From Gekko japonicus (taxonomy: Eukaryota): DNA of 64,000 nucleotides. The position numbers were made by a program, and so were the translations under genes. The stretch is taken from NCBI RefSeq assembly GCF_001447785.1, contig NW_015175991.1, forward strand, positions 120,712 to 184,711, in the 5' to 3' direction. Position 1 is the stretch's first letter. Every line of letters starts with the position of its first letter. Shown piece by piece: positions 1-13,305 of the stretch. The notes below the pieces were generated by a model, which was given only the letters and a program-made list of their open reading frames with translations, was not told where the DNA came from and made no database searches.

Positions 1-80
1 CAGGGCAGCTGGTCGGCCACTGTGTGAGACAAGATGCTGGGCTAGATGGACCACTTGTGTGATCCAGCAGGCCTCTTGTC
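1..80 (+). mobile_element. CR1 LINE 3'-end remnant
   Basis: ggccactgtgtgagacaagatgctgggctagatggaccacttgtgtgatccagcagg resembles the CR1 3' end also seen at ~3520-3570 and ~36395-36465. Confidence 0.6.
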
Positions 81-255
81 ACAGTACAACCCTAATATTA
101 AAATACAGTCTTTTTGAGACTTCAGTTTATATTGAAATTTCATTTCTAGAATTTTTGAAATTCTCTATGATCAAGTTTTAAATTATTGCTAAAGTAGTTC
201 TCATATTCTTGGAGAATTCAGTTGAGCAGTGCAGGAGGGATGCATATATGTATGA

Positions 256-363
<108 letters not shown>

Positions 364-2231
364 TGAAGCATTCACTGAAGTTTTCACTGAAGATTCATTG
401 AATTAAATGTACTGCCCTTCCTTGGAGACACATTTCCTGCATCATTCTGATTGGTGGCTCATGATGACTAGTTTTGCCTTCTGAAGAGAACATGTGTTTG
501 CTTCCTTTGTGCTGTGATTAGCAACCTTACTCTGGTGGCAGTAGTTACGGCATATACCACACCATTGGAAAAGGTGCAGTGGCTCACGTTTCAGATGCTG
601 CTGGAAGATTGCTGCCCAGCCTCTTCTTGAAAATTTCAGATGATGTTCAACAGTCTCCTTGAACATTTTCCTTTCATTAACTGCTGTTTCCTAAGATTTA
701 CAAGAAACCTGCCCTCTTCTCTGTGCGTAGAGGGAACTGTATGATTCCCCCATCTCTTCTGAACCCTTTTCAACGTCTGCCACATAACCATTTTCAAAGA
801 TTCACCCAGTTTTTTTCACCTTTTTATATTATCCAAATACTAGACTTCTTGGCATACGTTAAGTTTTCTTTGGAATTCTTTCAAACTTCCATCTCCTTTG
901 GAATTGTGTTGCCTAGAAGTTCAAACAAAATGTCACCAGTGCTGAGTAAATTGCTCCAGCTTTGAAACAGATGCACTTAAGCACCTTTGAGATTTTGCTT
1001 CATAACATCACATGGCTGACTTGTGTTTACCTCACTATCTTCTATAACTCCTAAATCATCTCTCATGCTGTTGCTTAGCTAGTTATCTGCATCTTGTATC
1101 TGTGCATCTTTACTTTTTCTCCCTCTATGTAACATTTTATTTCTTGTAATTCCATTTCACTTTTTGTCGTCTCTACACATCTCTTGCAGAGTGTTCTGAT
1201 AATTTTGTTAGGTCTTGATCTTTTTTTAATTCTAAATTTAACAGAGCTGGTTTAATAAGCTTTCCTGATAATTGTTACTTACAATCTTGGTGTGTTCTTG
1301 GTCTGTTTAAAAAAATGCATATTGCTCTTAGGATATGAGCTCTGATTTGAATTTCTCAAGGTGATCAAAGGGAGGAAGTAGGTTTGGCTGCTAGAAATAA
1401 TTTTATTTTTCCTCTGTGCTTACAAAGCTAATACTTTTAGTGTTCAGGTATCTGTAGCTCTCTTGTAAATTCCCTTGAATTTCCTTACTTCCCCTTTCTT
1501 CCTCTCATTTAAGTAGTACACATGCTGGCTTTTGGCTAATGTTTTAAGTCCCAGTTCTGAAAAGAGATAGCTGTTTGTCCAAATCCTTCTCTCTTATTAA
1601 AGAGTGTGAGTCATTCTGACATGCTTACTTAGGCCCTTGTTCTGTCAGTGGTGCTTTTTGCCTTGTAACAACTTCCATTTTATGGCATTTTTAGCTAATA
1701 GTACAGCTGGGATCTGAAGTGTCCTTTCTGCTTATGGTAGGCACTTCCAGTTGTGGAAGAGGCCATTTTTGCCGATTCCCACCCCCTTGCTGTAATCCCC
1801 TACTTTGACTGTTCCTGGGAGTCCAAGGGGGAGGGTATGCCTTTGCAGGGAGGAGGCAGAAAGTCACCATTTATGCAGTGCATCGGATCTAATTCACACT
1901 TCTTATTTTTCCATGCTTATTTTTTGTCAGTATCTCTGCTGAGCTGAGCAGCCAATCTAGAGGTGTCCTTTGAGTTGTGCCTTCTTTCTGTGACCATAGA
2001 CAGAACTTCTTTCTATGGAAAAGTCTGCCTTGCCAGAGTATAGGGAGTTGAATTAGGTAGCTTTCATGTCCATTCCTGTAAGTGGAGATCTGGTCCAGTA
2101 AGCTGTTGAAGCTGAAACATGCTCCGGAATCCAAATATCTGTTGCCATTGGCTGAAATGATTACTCTGTGAGTCTAAAGCTGACTTATGGGATAGGGACT
2201 GAGGCAACTTGCTTTTTTCTTTTGTTTCTAG

Positions 2232-2327
<96 letters not shown>

Positions 2328-2624
2328 TAAGTATCAGCTGTTGATTTGCTTTGCATGCCTGCTGTTAATGCTCGCTTAAATCTTGTTCATGTTTTGTTTG
2401 ATTATGGAGGCTTGAATGCTTAAGAAACTTGATTTAACCAATTGATGGGCTGTGACTATAAGGTGTTAAATAGTTTGCATTTTATGCTCTGTTATTTTAC
2501 TTCATTTAGATATATTTTTCCTTCTAACATATAAAAATAAATGCAAATACTAAATCTGAACTGTATTGTACCCTGTTAAAATGCAGTTAGTGTTACTGAG
2601 GAGTAGTCATTCTTTCTAAATTGA

Positions 2625-2786
<162 letters not shown>

Positions 2787-2844
2787 TAACATAGCTCAGG
2801 CCCTAAGTCCTTGTTAGGGGGTTGAAGTACTTTTCCTATGAGGA

Positions 2845-3573
2845 AAGGCTGGACAATCTGTGACTTCCCAGTTTAGAAGAAAGAAAGACAGCTAAGGGAA
2901 GTCATGATAAAGGTTTGAAAAATTATGCATGGGTGGAGAAAGTGGAAAGGGGATACCTCTTCCATAATACTAGAACTTGGGGGCACTCCATGCAATTGTA
3001 CAGAAATGAGTTCCTGACAGATAAAAGGAAATACTTCTTTACTCAACAAGCAGTTAAAACTGTGAAATTTGCTCCTAGTGGAAGCAGTGATAATCATAAG
3101 CACAGACAGCTTTAGAAATGTGTTAGAGTTACAGTTTCATGGAGGAGAGGTTCATCAGTAGCTACTAGCCACGGTGACTGAACATAAATATAATGTTTGT
3201 GGAATTGCCCCACTGCCTGTATCTGCTAATTGTCGATTGGATTATTTGTTAGGAATTTGTTCTTATGCTATTGATGTTTTATGAATGTTTACTGTACTTG
3301 TATTTTTATCCAGTGCTATTTTAATGTTTAGATTTATTTTATGGTATAAAATTGCTCAATGTTTTATTGTAAACCTCTCCAAGACTGCACATGAGAAGAT
3401 GTAGTATAGACATCTAATAAATAAATAAGAGGCAGCAGACCTCTGAGTACCAGTGGTGGGCGGCAGCAGAGGAAAACCTTGGCCTCTTTGCCTTGTTTGG
3501 CTTCTAGGGCAGTTGGTTGGCCACTGTGTCAAACAGGATGCTCGACTAGATGGACCACTTGTCTTGCGTTCTT
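2845..3573 (+). mobile_element. Decayed CR1 3' fragment, split by an AT-rich LINE tail (~3190-3430)
   Basis: CR1-like ORF2 C-terminus (aattatgcatggggtggagaaagtgga...) followed by the CR1 3'UTR motif ggccactgtgtcaaacaggatgctcgactagatggaccact. Confidence 0.65.
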
Positions 3574-4264
3574 ACAATAGGGACACAGGGATGAAATGCC
3601 ACAGAACTAAGTCATAATTCTTTTCAGGATGGTTTTCTGAATTTTGTGTTGAGGCACTCTTGCACAATATAAAAACAAAAGCTGAACTAAATTGTGGCTA
3701 CACATAAGTCCAGGGGACAGTTTGAATGGGGCTAGGGCAATGTAGGTAACGAGTTGCGTGGGGCTAGGGCAGTGTAGTGTCATGCTTGCTGAAAGCTTCC
3801 AGAGGGAAACGGGTACTCAATGCTGCAGTGAAGGAGGAGATAGGCACCAGGAGGCCGCCTCCATGGATGTTGCAAGAAATGCGAAGGGCAAGTGTTGGCG
3901 AGAGCAAGTAGAATTGGGGGTGGCGGGGCTAAGATAAAGCGGGTTCTGGGCAAGAAAGCCTTGAATAAGAACATGGTGTTCTTGTTAGAGCAGGAGTTGA
4001 AGAGAGACTTATCGGACATTGTGGGAAGTGGGGTTAGACGTGCTGGGCCTAGGAGGGCATTTCACAGTAGGTATTCAGAAGATCTTATTTGCATAGCTGC
4101 ATTGTGTAAAAGGCAGAACTGGGTTCCTAAAAGCTGAGACAGTGTGGGAAACAGGTGCGTTTAGAGAAAAGCTACCTGTGAAGAATCTGGTAGTCTGAAT
4201 TTTATCATTCAGGCTGTACCTTCATAAACCTTGGCTGTTTATCCACACACACACCGGGATGTGA

Positions 4265-4564
<300 letters not shown>

Positions 4565-7500
4565 TAAAGACCTGTCTGAATAACAGAAACAGTTCATGTT
4601 CAGTCTTCTGTGCTGTCCCACATGGGTGGGGGAGACACTGCTCTTGTGCAAGCCAGACATCGGAGGCTCTCTTACAGCTACTCTAGAATTTTCTGCCCTC
4701 CAAAGGGAGCCCCTCCCCTGCAGAGCTCGTTAGAGGCCGTTTTCCCGCCTGTCACATGCTCTGCAAGGAGGAGCTCCCCCTTTCCCTCAGTCCTTTCTTT
4801 GCCACCAAATTGTGAGGACAGGTTCTCTACAGCTCTATGTATCATGAGCTTTTCTCCAAGTTTCCTTTCTTCTGGGCTCTCTCCTTTTTGGGGGTAATGT
4901 TGCTGAGGGCTTTATTTAAAAAGTGTTCCCAGTGTGGTATTAAAATGACCCATTCAGATGAGCACCTACTCTGCCTTCTCTGCTTGGGTGAGGCTCATAA
5001 TACAGTCACGTGCAAGATCTGCCTCCAATTTACCCCAAAAGCCTGCTCAGACTGAGCAGCACGCTTAAAGGTGAGTTTATGGGAGAAAGCACTCTCTTGT
5101 TCTAATTAGCCCAGCAGCAAAAACATCTGCCCCAGCAGAGCATAAGCAATCCTTGCCTTCAAAATCACCAGTTCGAACCAACCAACCTGCAAGTCCACCA
5201 TTGAGCACCTTGGTTCTGTGGTTCCAGGGACAGAACTGAAGCATTTGCTCAGCTGAAGGCTGCACATTGGAGCCCCAACCTAAGAAAGCACGTTCCAGGT
5301 CCAAACATAAGGAGAAGCAGTGTTCCAATCCCAGGACACTATCTGAATCAATTGACTCTGGTTCCAGCCAAATCAGCTGCAGTTCCAACAGAACGGAGGG
5401 GAGTCTCTCTACCACGAACTCCTTCTCCACATGCCTCCCCAGCTCATTTGCTCTCTGAAAGGGAATTGGAAGCCTAGCCAGGGTGCTTTGGCAGGTCCAG
5501 CAGCTAGTCGTCCGTTGGAACCATCCTCCTGGACCTCAAGAATAGGGCAACTGGCAGTCGCAAAAAGCATCTCCAGCACCGAGGCACCTCTCTTCACAGA
5601 ACCGTGACACTGCAGGTCTGCCAGTTTGGTATCCTCCTGCAATCTCTCCTCCACCCCCACCCTTATAGGGCATTTGGATTCTGAGGAAGAGCAGGATTTG
5701 AGAGCTGACTCCCCTTCTGGTCCGAGCTCAGACATACCACCAGACCCTTCACCTGATGATACTGTAAGGGACCCTGATCCGATTCACTTAATGACGTTCT
5801 TAAGCTCTATGGAGTGAATGGCTGAATTGCTGGAAATAGAGGTGATCTCCATCAATCCAAGATCTCAAGACAAGATCTTAGGCAACCTCTGTACATAGTT
5901 ACCGGGTATAATTGCCTTCCCTGTCCTGGAGGGTACTGGGGACATCTCCAAGGCCCTCTGGCAGAAGCCAGCTAGCATGGCTGCCACATTCCAAAAAGTG
6001 GAAAATTTATGCAGAGCGCAACAAGAAGGTCATACCTTCCTCCAGCTTCATCCCTTGAAGCTGAAGAGATGCAGGTGAAACAGCGTACATGGATGCATTC
6101 CTCACCAACTGATAGAGAAGGGCAAAAAATTGATGCACTTAGTAGAAAAGGTTACTGTTCTGCTGCACTCAACCTGCTCATTGCCAACGATGGTGCAATT
6201 ATGGGAGGATACCAGTTGTACCTCTGGGAAGAGAGCTTCTATCTGAAGACAAGAAGCCTTTGGCTAAACTTCTCCAAGCGGAAGCATTGTGCTTTTCCAA
6301 GCAACAGATGAATTCAGGCAGACACTCCGCTGACTCCTCCTCCAGGCCCATGGCTTCAGCACTCGTACGGAGAAGGTATGCTTGGCTGTGCTCCACGACT
6401 CTCCCTTCTGACACTAGGCAGAGAGTGGAAGACCTCCCATTTGAGGGAATGACACTATTTGCTTTGTCGACTGACAGTTATCTCTAATCCAGAAGAACAA
6501 GCAAGCAGGTCATTCATTCGGCACCACAGCAGGTCCACCACTCTGTACAGACCTCAGCAGTCATACAGATTCCACCAATCGCAGTTGCCATACTCTTGGC
6601 ACTCACATCAGCAGCCACACTTATCAAAGTATCCTATACTTTTCAGGGTCTATGGCTCAAGGCAGCTGCAGGTCCAATCATAGACAGTTGGGCTCACAAC
6701 ATCAGCCACTTCCTAAAGAGCCACAGCAGGCTCCAAAAGGTTCTTTATGACTAGGGCCCGTAATAGACCAGTCAGCTATCATCTTTAAAGACAGGTTGGC
6801 TGTTTTGAGTGACAAATGGCAGGAAGTAACTCATGACATTTGGGTTTTGTCAATTGTTAGTTTGAGTTACAGACCAAAGTTTTGGCGGTGGCCACCCCTC
6901 CAGCATGTGGATCAGGCTCTGAATAACTCCATACCTGAGTTGGAACAGGAGCTGTCATCCCTTATCCAAAAGCAGGCAGTACAGAGAGTCCCTGATTCGG
7001 ACGCAGTCACAGGTTTTTACTGATGTTTTTTTCCTAGTACCGAAAAAAGATGAAGGTTTTAGACCAATCCTGGACTTAAGGGATCTGATTTTTTTCCTGA
7101 ATGTTAGAAAGTTCAAATTTTTTTTCCTAGTACCAAAAAAAGATGGAGGTTTTCGACCAATCCTGGACTTAAGGGATTTTAATTTTTTCCTGAATGTTAT
7201 AAAGTTCAAAATGTTGTCTTTGGATTTAGTCTTACAGCTGTTAGCATTAAACTGTTGGTTTTGTGTACTTGTCCTTCAGGACACTTATTTCTATATACCT
7301 GTCCACCCCGTTCTTGCAGGTTCTTGCACTTTAAATATAATCATGTTTCTCACCAGTACATGTCCCTTCCATTTGGGTAGGCAACTGCCCCATGAGTATT
7401 TTCTAAATATCTTGCGGTTGTAGTAGCCCATCTAAGGTCTAAAGGTTGTTCTGTTTGCCCATATTTGGATTACTAGCTCATTACTACACCTTCCTGTGGG

Positions 7501-8264
7501 GAACTAGACTCGCAGGTTTCCCTGATTATACAGATGTGCCAGGAATTGGGTTTGGTAATTAACAGCAAGAAATCACGCCTCCAACCTACTCAGATTTCCT
7601 TTATTGGAGCCCTTCTGGACACCACAGGGGCCAAAGTTTTCCTACCAGTAAATAGAGCTTTACACATCAAGGCATTGATTAGGTGCCTGCCTCACAACAA
7701 ATTTCAATCAGTCCTTTTCTTTCAGAAGCTGTTAGGACTGATGGCTTCTACCACAGCCACAATCACGCATGCACACCTAAGAATGCGACCTTTGCAGAAT
7801 TGGTTTTTAAGTAAATTTCCCCCTGCTCTGCTTTCCCAGTATACTAGGTTCACAGTCCCTAGGTCCATGGTATGGCAGTTGGGCTGGTGGGTGTGCAATA
7901 GTAACCTCTTAGCTGGAGTAACATTTGGGGGGAAGGATGCCTCAGCTTTCTGTCACCTCTGATGCATCCTTGCAGGGCCGGGGAGCCCATTGTTGGTCAC
8001 TTTCTGTTCAGGATATGTGGTCGTTAGAAGAAATGGCTCTTCATGTTAACCTCTTAGATTTGCGTGTCATATGTTACGCCCTTACCTCGTTCACAGGGCT
8101 CACCAAGGGAAAAGTCATTCAGGTCATTACAGACAATACTACAGCAATGACCTATATAAACTGACAGGGGACACGGCCTCAGCAGCCCCATGCAGGGAAG
8201 CCACTCGTATTTGGGAATTGGCCATAGCTGAAGGATCCTCCCTTCAAGCAGTACATGTGACAGG

Positions 8265-8471
8265 CAATGCTCCCTCTAAGCTGTGGAGTCTTGTGAGCAA
8301 AAATTCTACTTTGTGAGCTTCTGGCATTAAAGTTGTGAGCAAGCGATTTGGCTACTGCATAAATTAGTTTGCTCTGGAGCCATCCGTCCTAAGCGAAGTC
8401 AAAAATGTGTGAGCTGGAGGCTAAAAAAACTGTGAGCTAGCTCACACTAACTCAGCTTAGAGGGAACACTG
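8265..8471 (+). mobile_element. hAT-type MITE (copy 1), inserted in the DIRS
   Basis: TIRs CAATGCTCCCTCTAAGCTG / CAGCTTAGAGGGAACACTG; exact 8-bp TSD GTGACAGG (8257-8264, 8472-8479). Confidence 0.92.
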
Positions 8472-8690
8472 GTGACAGGTAGTGCCAACACAAGGGCAGA
8501 CATCCTCAGCAGAATGGGGCAGTCAGAACACGAACAGTCTCTGGGGAAGAACGATATCCTCCCAGTTTTCCAACAGAGGGGTTTTCTGGGAGTGGACCTT
8601 TTTGCCACCCATGCCAATGAGAAAGCCCCGACATTCTGTTCCAGGGCAAGTACCGATCATCTTTCTCTAGGGGATGCCTTCCAAATTCGC

Positions 8691-9516
8691 TGCAATATAA
8701 GAAAAACTGGAGATAGGCGACCTAAGAAGGTATAAACATTCAAGTACTATAATGTATATGCAAATGTAATCAACTTTATATTAAAGCTCAGAATGTACAA
8801 AATTACAATATTAGGGCATAATAGCCAGAGGTATACAAAATTACAATACAAAAGCTCATTAATCAGAACATAACAATGTAGCAGCAATATAGAAACAGTT
8901 CAGCAATATATAATATTATAACTAACCTTCCTAGTTCATAGAAGCACCTTCTCCTCTCAGGTTGCTACAGATAGTAGTGGGACTAGCCCTTAGTTTCTAT
9001 GGAAAATCTGTCATTTTGGACTTCTCTGCATAATGCTAAGCTCAAGGCTAAGGAAGTCTCTGTGCTTAGCATTATGGTCCAAAATGACCTGAGAGGAGAA
9101 GGTGCTTCTATGAACTAGGAAGGTGACATTATAAACCAAGAGATATCAAGACACAATACATGTTGATTTGCTTCTGATGAAGTTTCACCACGAAACAAAG
9201 TGAAAGCCGGCTGCTTTGTTAACTGCTTTGTAAACTGCTTTGTAAATTGTTTCTATATTGCTGAACTGTTTCTATATTGCTGCTACATTGTTATGTTCTG
9301 ATTAATGAGCTTTGGTATTGTAATTTTGTATACCTCTGGCTATTATGCCCTAATGTAATTTTGTACATTCTGAGTATTAAGCTTTAATATAAAGTTGATT
9401 ATATTTGCATATACATTATAGTACTTGAATGTTTATACCTTGTTAGGTCGTCTATCCCCAGTTTTTCTTATATTGCATCCTTTATACTGGGAGGTCTGTG
9501 TTTCCTGTTTGTGCAG
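8691..9516. mobile_element. Fold-back (inverted-repeat) insertion, probably Penelope-like, inside the DIRS methyltransferase region
   Basis: Arms 8691-8910 / 9254-9477 are near-perfect reverse complements; inner inverted repeats at ~8925-9124; flanking near-duplication TTCCAAAT(T/C)CGCTG (8679-8692, 9517-9530); CTGATGA..GAAAC core at 9174-9196. Confidence 0.7.
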
Positions 9517-10470
9517 TTCCAAATCCGCTGGGCAGGAACCCTGTTTTATGCCTTCCCGCCATTCCCGCTTATTCACAGGGTATTGACCAAAATACAAAAG
9601 GAGCACACATGTTGTATCCTGATCACTCCCTTTTGCCCCAGACAAGTCTGGTTTCAGGTCTTCCTATCATTATCCAAGGGCCTCTACGTACACTTTCCCT
9701 TAGCTGCAGATTTACTTCGCAGGGGACCTGTCATCCACCACGAGGTGATTAGGCCCAAGTTGACAGCTTGGCTGTTGAATGATCCCAGTTTCGGTTCTCC
9801 GACCAGGTAGCCAATGTCCTTCTTACTGCCCATAGACCCTCCACTAGGACGTCATACATGAATGGGTCCGTTTTTCTAATTGGGCAGGGAGTTCACACAG
9901 AAAATTGTCTTATTACCTTGGTATTAGAATATCTACTGTCTCTTAAAGAATCTAATCTGACGGTTTCTTCCCTTAAGGAACATTAAGTCGCTATATCTGC
10001 CTATCATACCAAGATCCAGAACAAGACGCTGTTTTCTCACCCAGCGTCCAAATGTTTTTTGAAGGGGTTGTTTAATTTGTTTCCTCCATTACCACATATA
10101 GTGCCACAGTGGTCCCTTTCAATGGTTCTCTCCCAGCTCATGCTAGCCCCATTTGAACTGCTGGGTTCTTGTAAGAAAATGTATGACTCTGAAGTCCTGC
10201 TATTTGGCTGGTAATCTGCCATAGTTGTCAACAGTTAACAATAAAGTACTATGTCATTTGGTTGCATTTGGACGAAGGCCTTGTATTATAGCTGCAACCT
10301 TAAAGAGACCAAGGGTCTGTCCTCCCCCCCCAAAAAAGTTTTTAGGTTGCTTACTGCACCTGGTTATTCAAACAAGAGGGGCAGATCTTTCATTTCTATG
10401 TATGGCATGTTTTTGCTTTTCACAATACATAGAATTAATTGCTTAGTAGTGAATTCTTTGTATGTTCTAG

Positions 10471-10578
<108 letters not shown>

Positions 10579-11383
10579 TAAAAGATACTATGGTGGCCAT
10601 TATTCATGTTGTTGTAAATAAAATGCAGTTCATTGTGGCAGAGAATTAGATATAGAGTTAAAAGAGCAATAATGGGTTGCATCCTGCTATTTCTAGGTGC
10701 AAGGATCACTGGATTCCCCCCATCCACCCTCTCCTCCCATCCCCTCTGGAGCCATTTCTGATCCCAGAAAAGCTTACTTCCAGGGTTGAGGGACTTTTAT
10801 GCACGAATAGCTGCATCAGCTAGGTGGCTATAGTGGGCAGAGGGAAGGGGGCAAAATTGCTCCTTTCTTTCCCCTCCACGAGCAGAGCTCAGTGCACTCA
10901 AGGTGCAAAAAGGGTGTTCTTGTTCCTTTCCCCATCAGAGACGCTCAACTGGTGGTGTTAATTCATGCAGATCCCTCAGCCATGAGATTAAACATCCGTG
11001 TGATCACAAATGGCTCTGGGAAGGGAGAGGAGGGAAAATCCCAGACTGTCACTGTTGTCTGCTAGTGGTTTGCGAGTGGTTTGTGAAGCACTTGGGTGGG
11101 TACAATAATTAAGTTTAAGGGAGAAAATGTTTCAAAATGGCCTTGAGGAAGACAAAAGGGCCACCAGGAGGAGGAAGGGGAAGGTTAGAGGTGGTTTTCA
11201 GTATCCAGGGAAGGGGGTATGTCAAAGACCTGAAACTCAGTAGGTGACACTTGGCAGGCAGTTTTTGGCTAAAAAGTTCTTCCCATGGCAGTTGTTGAGT
11301 ACTGAAAATTAGTATAAATCTTCTGATATCTACTGTGCAATACATTGAAGGTATATGTTGCAATTACTTCTGTATTATCTTAA

Positions 11384-11587
<204 letters not shown>

Positions 11588-12029
11588 TAGCCTCAGCTGT
11601 AATTTTTTGTGTCATGGAAATTTATGGTGTCTGGTTATTTGAGTTTTTTTTAACTCTGTGCATAATATTCATAGCTCTTCTCCTTTGAATCTGTCCTGCT
11701 TGGTCTCCCGTAGCTGCGAGCACAGAGCTGAAAATCAGTCCGGCATAGCACTGAATGTGTTGTATCAGAGAACCGTTGTAATGTCCTCAGTCTTGAGACT
11801 GATGCTGTCTCTCCCAGAACTCTTCAACAAAGTTTACTCATTCTGCATGTCTGTACTCGAGTTTTAACTTGAGGGAAAGCTTAGGGGCATTTCAGGGCTG
11901 AAGACTCTGTTCCCATTTAAGCAACAAAGGTGGCAGAACTTTGAAATGTGCAATATTGGCACAATAGGTCAGGGAGACTGAGGGCTCTGAGAAGAAGAGC
12001 AAAAATCAGACCCTGTGAAGCAAGTAAAA

Positions 12030-12272
12030 GCCAGCATGGTGTAATGGTCAGAGCCCTGGGCTAGGAAGATCTGGGAGACCCAAGTGTGAATCCCCACTCT
12101 GCCATGTGAGCTAAACTGGGTGATCTTGAGCTAGTCAGTCTTTCTCTTAGCCTAACTTTCTTCAGAGGAGGGTGGTTGTGAAGATGAACAGAAGGAAGGG
12201 ATAATAATTGTTGTGTAAGCCGCTTTGGGGTTCCCATTTGGGAAAGTGGGCTATAAATAGCCAAATAAATAA
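12030..12272 (+). mobile_element. tRNA-derived squamate SINE (Squam3-like)
   Basis: gccagcatggtgtaatggtcagag head, B-box-like ctgggagacccaagtgtgaatcccc, body ggttgtgaagatgaac, (AAAT)n tail; many related copies in the window. Confidence 0.75.
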
Positions 12273-12493
12273 GTATTAAAATTCTCTCTTGGCGTCTTCT
12301 AGTTTATAAATATTCGGCTGAAATTCCTCACACTTGGAAGACTGAGGTTTAGACATTTTCTTTTCTGTTTTTTGAAAAGTTAAGCTAAAAGCTCAGGAGG
12401 CTTTAAAGGCCTACAAATTCCATACAAAAGGCAGTATTCTGCATTTTGGCTTACAATTACAGTTGTACAAACACTTTGATATATAGAGAGTAG

Positions 12494-12862
<369 letters not shown>

Positions 12863-13260
12863 TGAGTTTCTGCTGTGTTATCAAGAGATGCCAAAGTTGC
12901 TGAGGCAAAAATGTGAGGAGAGGTGCCTCACATGGGGAAGAGTGCCCCCCCCCCCGAAGGGCATGCCTCCTCAAAACTCTAGAAAAGCTAAAGTTTGAAC
13001 CATAGGGTAGGGGTGTCCTGCTGTAGTGCATCCTGGATGTAAACGTCTTCTACGGCAGAAGGGAACCACTGCTCATGGGGGCACTCTTAGGGCTATTCTC
13101 CACCCCCAAAATTAGTGAGTCCAGCGTCCCCTCACAGGGTTACCATGGGGTTGGGCAGAGATCATGAGAAATGCCTGGTTCTTATCCATAATGGTAGTAA
13201 TGATTGGCATTACGCTTGTTCCCATTAAATGTAAAACCATGAATTATGTTCTTTATGTAG

Positions 13261-13305
13261 AAAATGAAGAGGTTTCCAATCAGGCAAAATCTTCCCAAAG
13301 CCAAG
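13261..13305 (+). CDS. PROSER1: PROSER1 short coding exon (45 nt)
   Basis: tgtAG|aaaatgaag...ccaag|GTaagc; ENEEVSNQAKSSQSQ keeps the phase between flanking exons. Confidence 0.88.

Larger units (their letters stand above)
4592..10170 (+). mobile_element. Decayed DIRS-type (tyrosine recombinase) retrotransposon in a PROSER1 intron, 3'-truncated
   Basis: Domains in order: gag Cys/His motif FKKCSQC..DEHLLCLLCLGEAH (~4915-5040); LAP2alpha-like gag core (PTDREGQKID, RRYAWL..VEDLPFEG, ~6100-6460); RT (FFLVPKKDGGFRPILDLR, ~7030-7500); RNase H (TSDASLQG, TDNTTAMTYIN); methyltransferase-like (VDLFAT, YAFPPFPLI); start of the recombinase (RPSTR..AISAYH..FLKGL..PQWSL, ~9800-10165). Many stops and frameshifts; 5' boundary approximate. 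Confidence 0.88.

Noticed and set aside
420-1250. Strand-biased intronic stretch with short ORFs (442-666, 723-965)
   Set aside because: No recognisable protein or repeat motif in the frames I read; may be an old TE remnant but cannot be supported without a search.
12030-12110. tRNA-like heads at this and other SINE positions
   Set aside because: SINE promoter regions; no complete cloverleaf.
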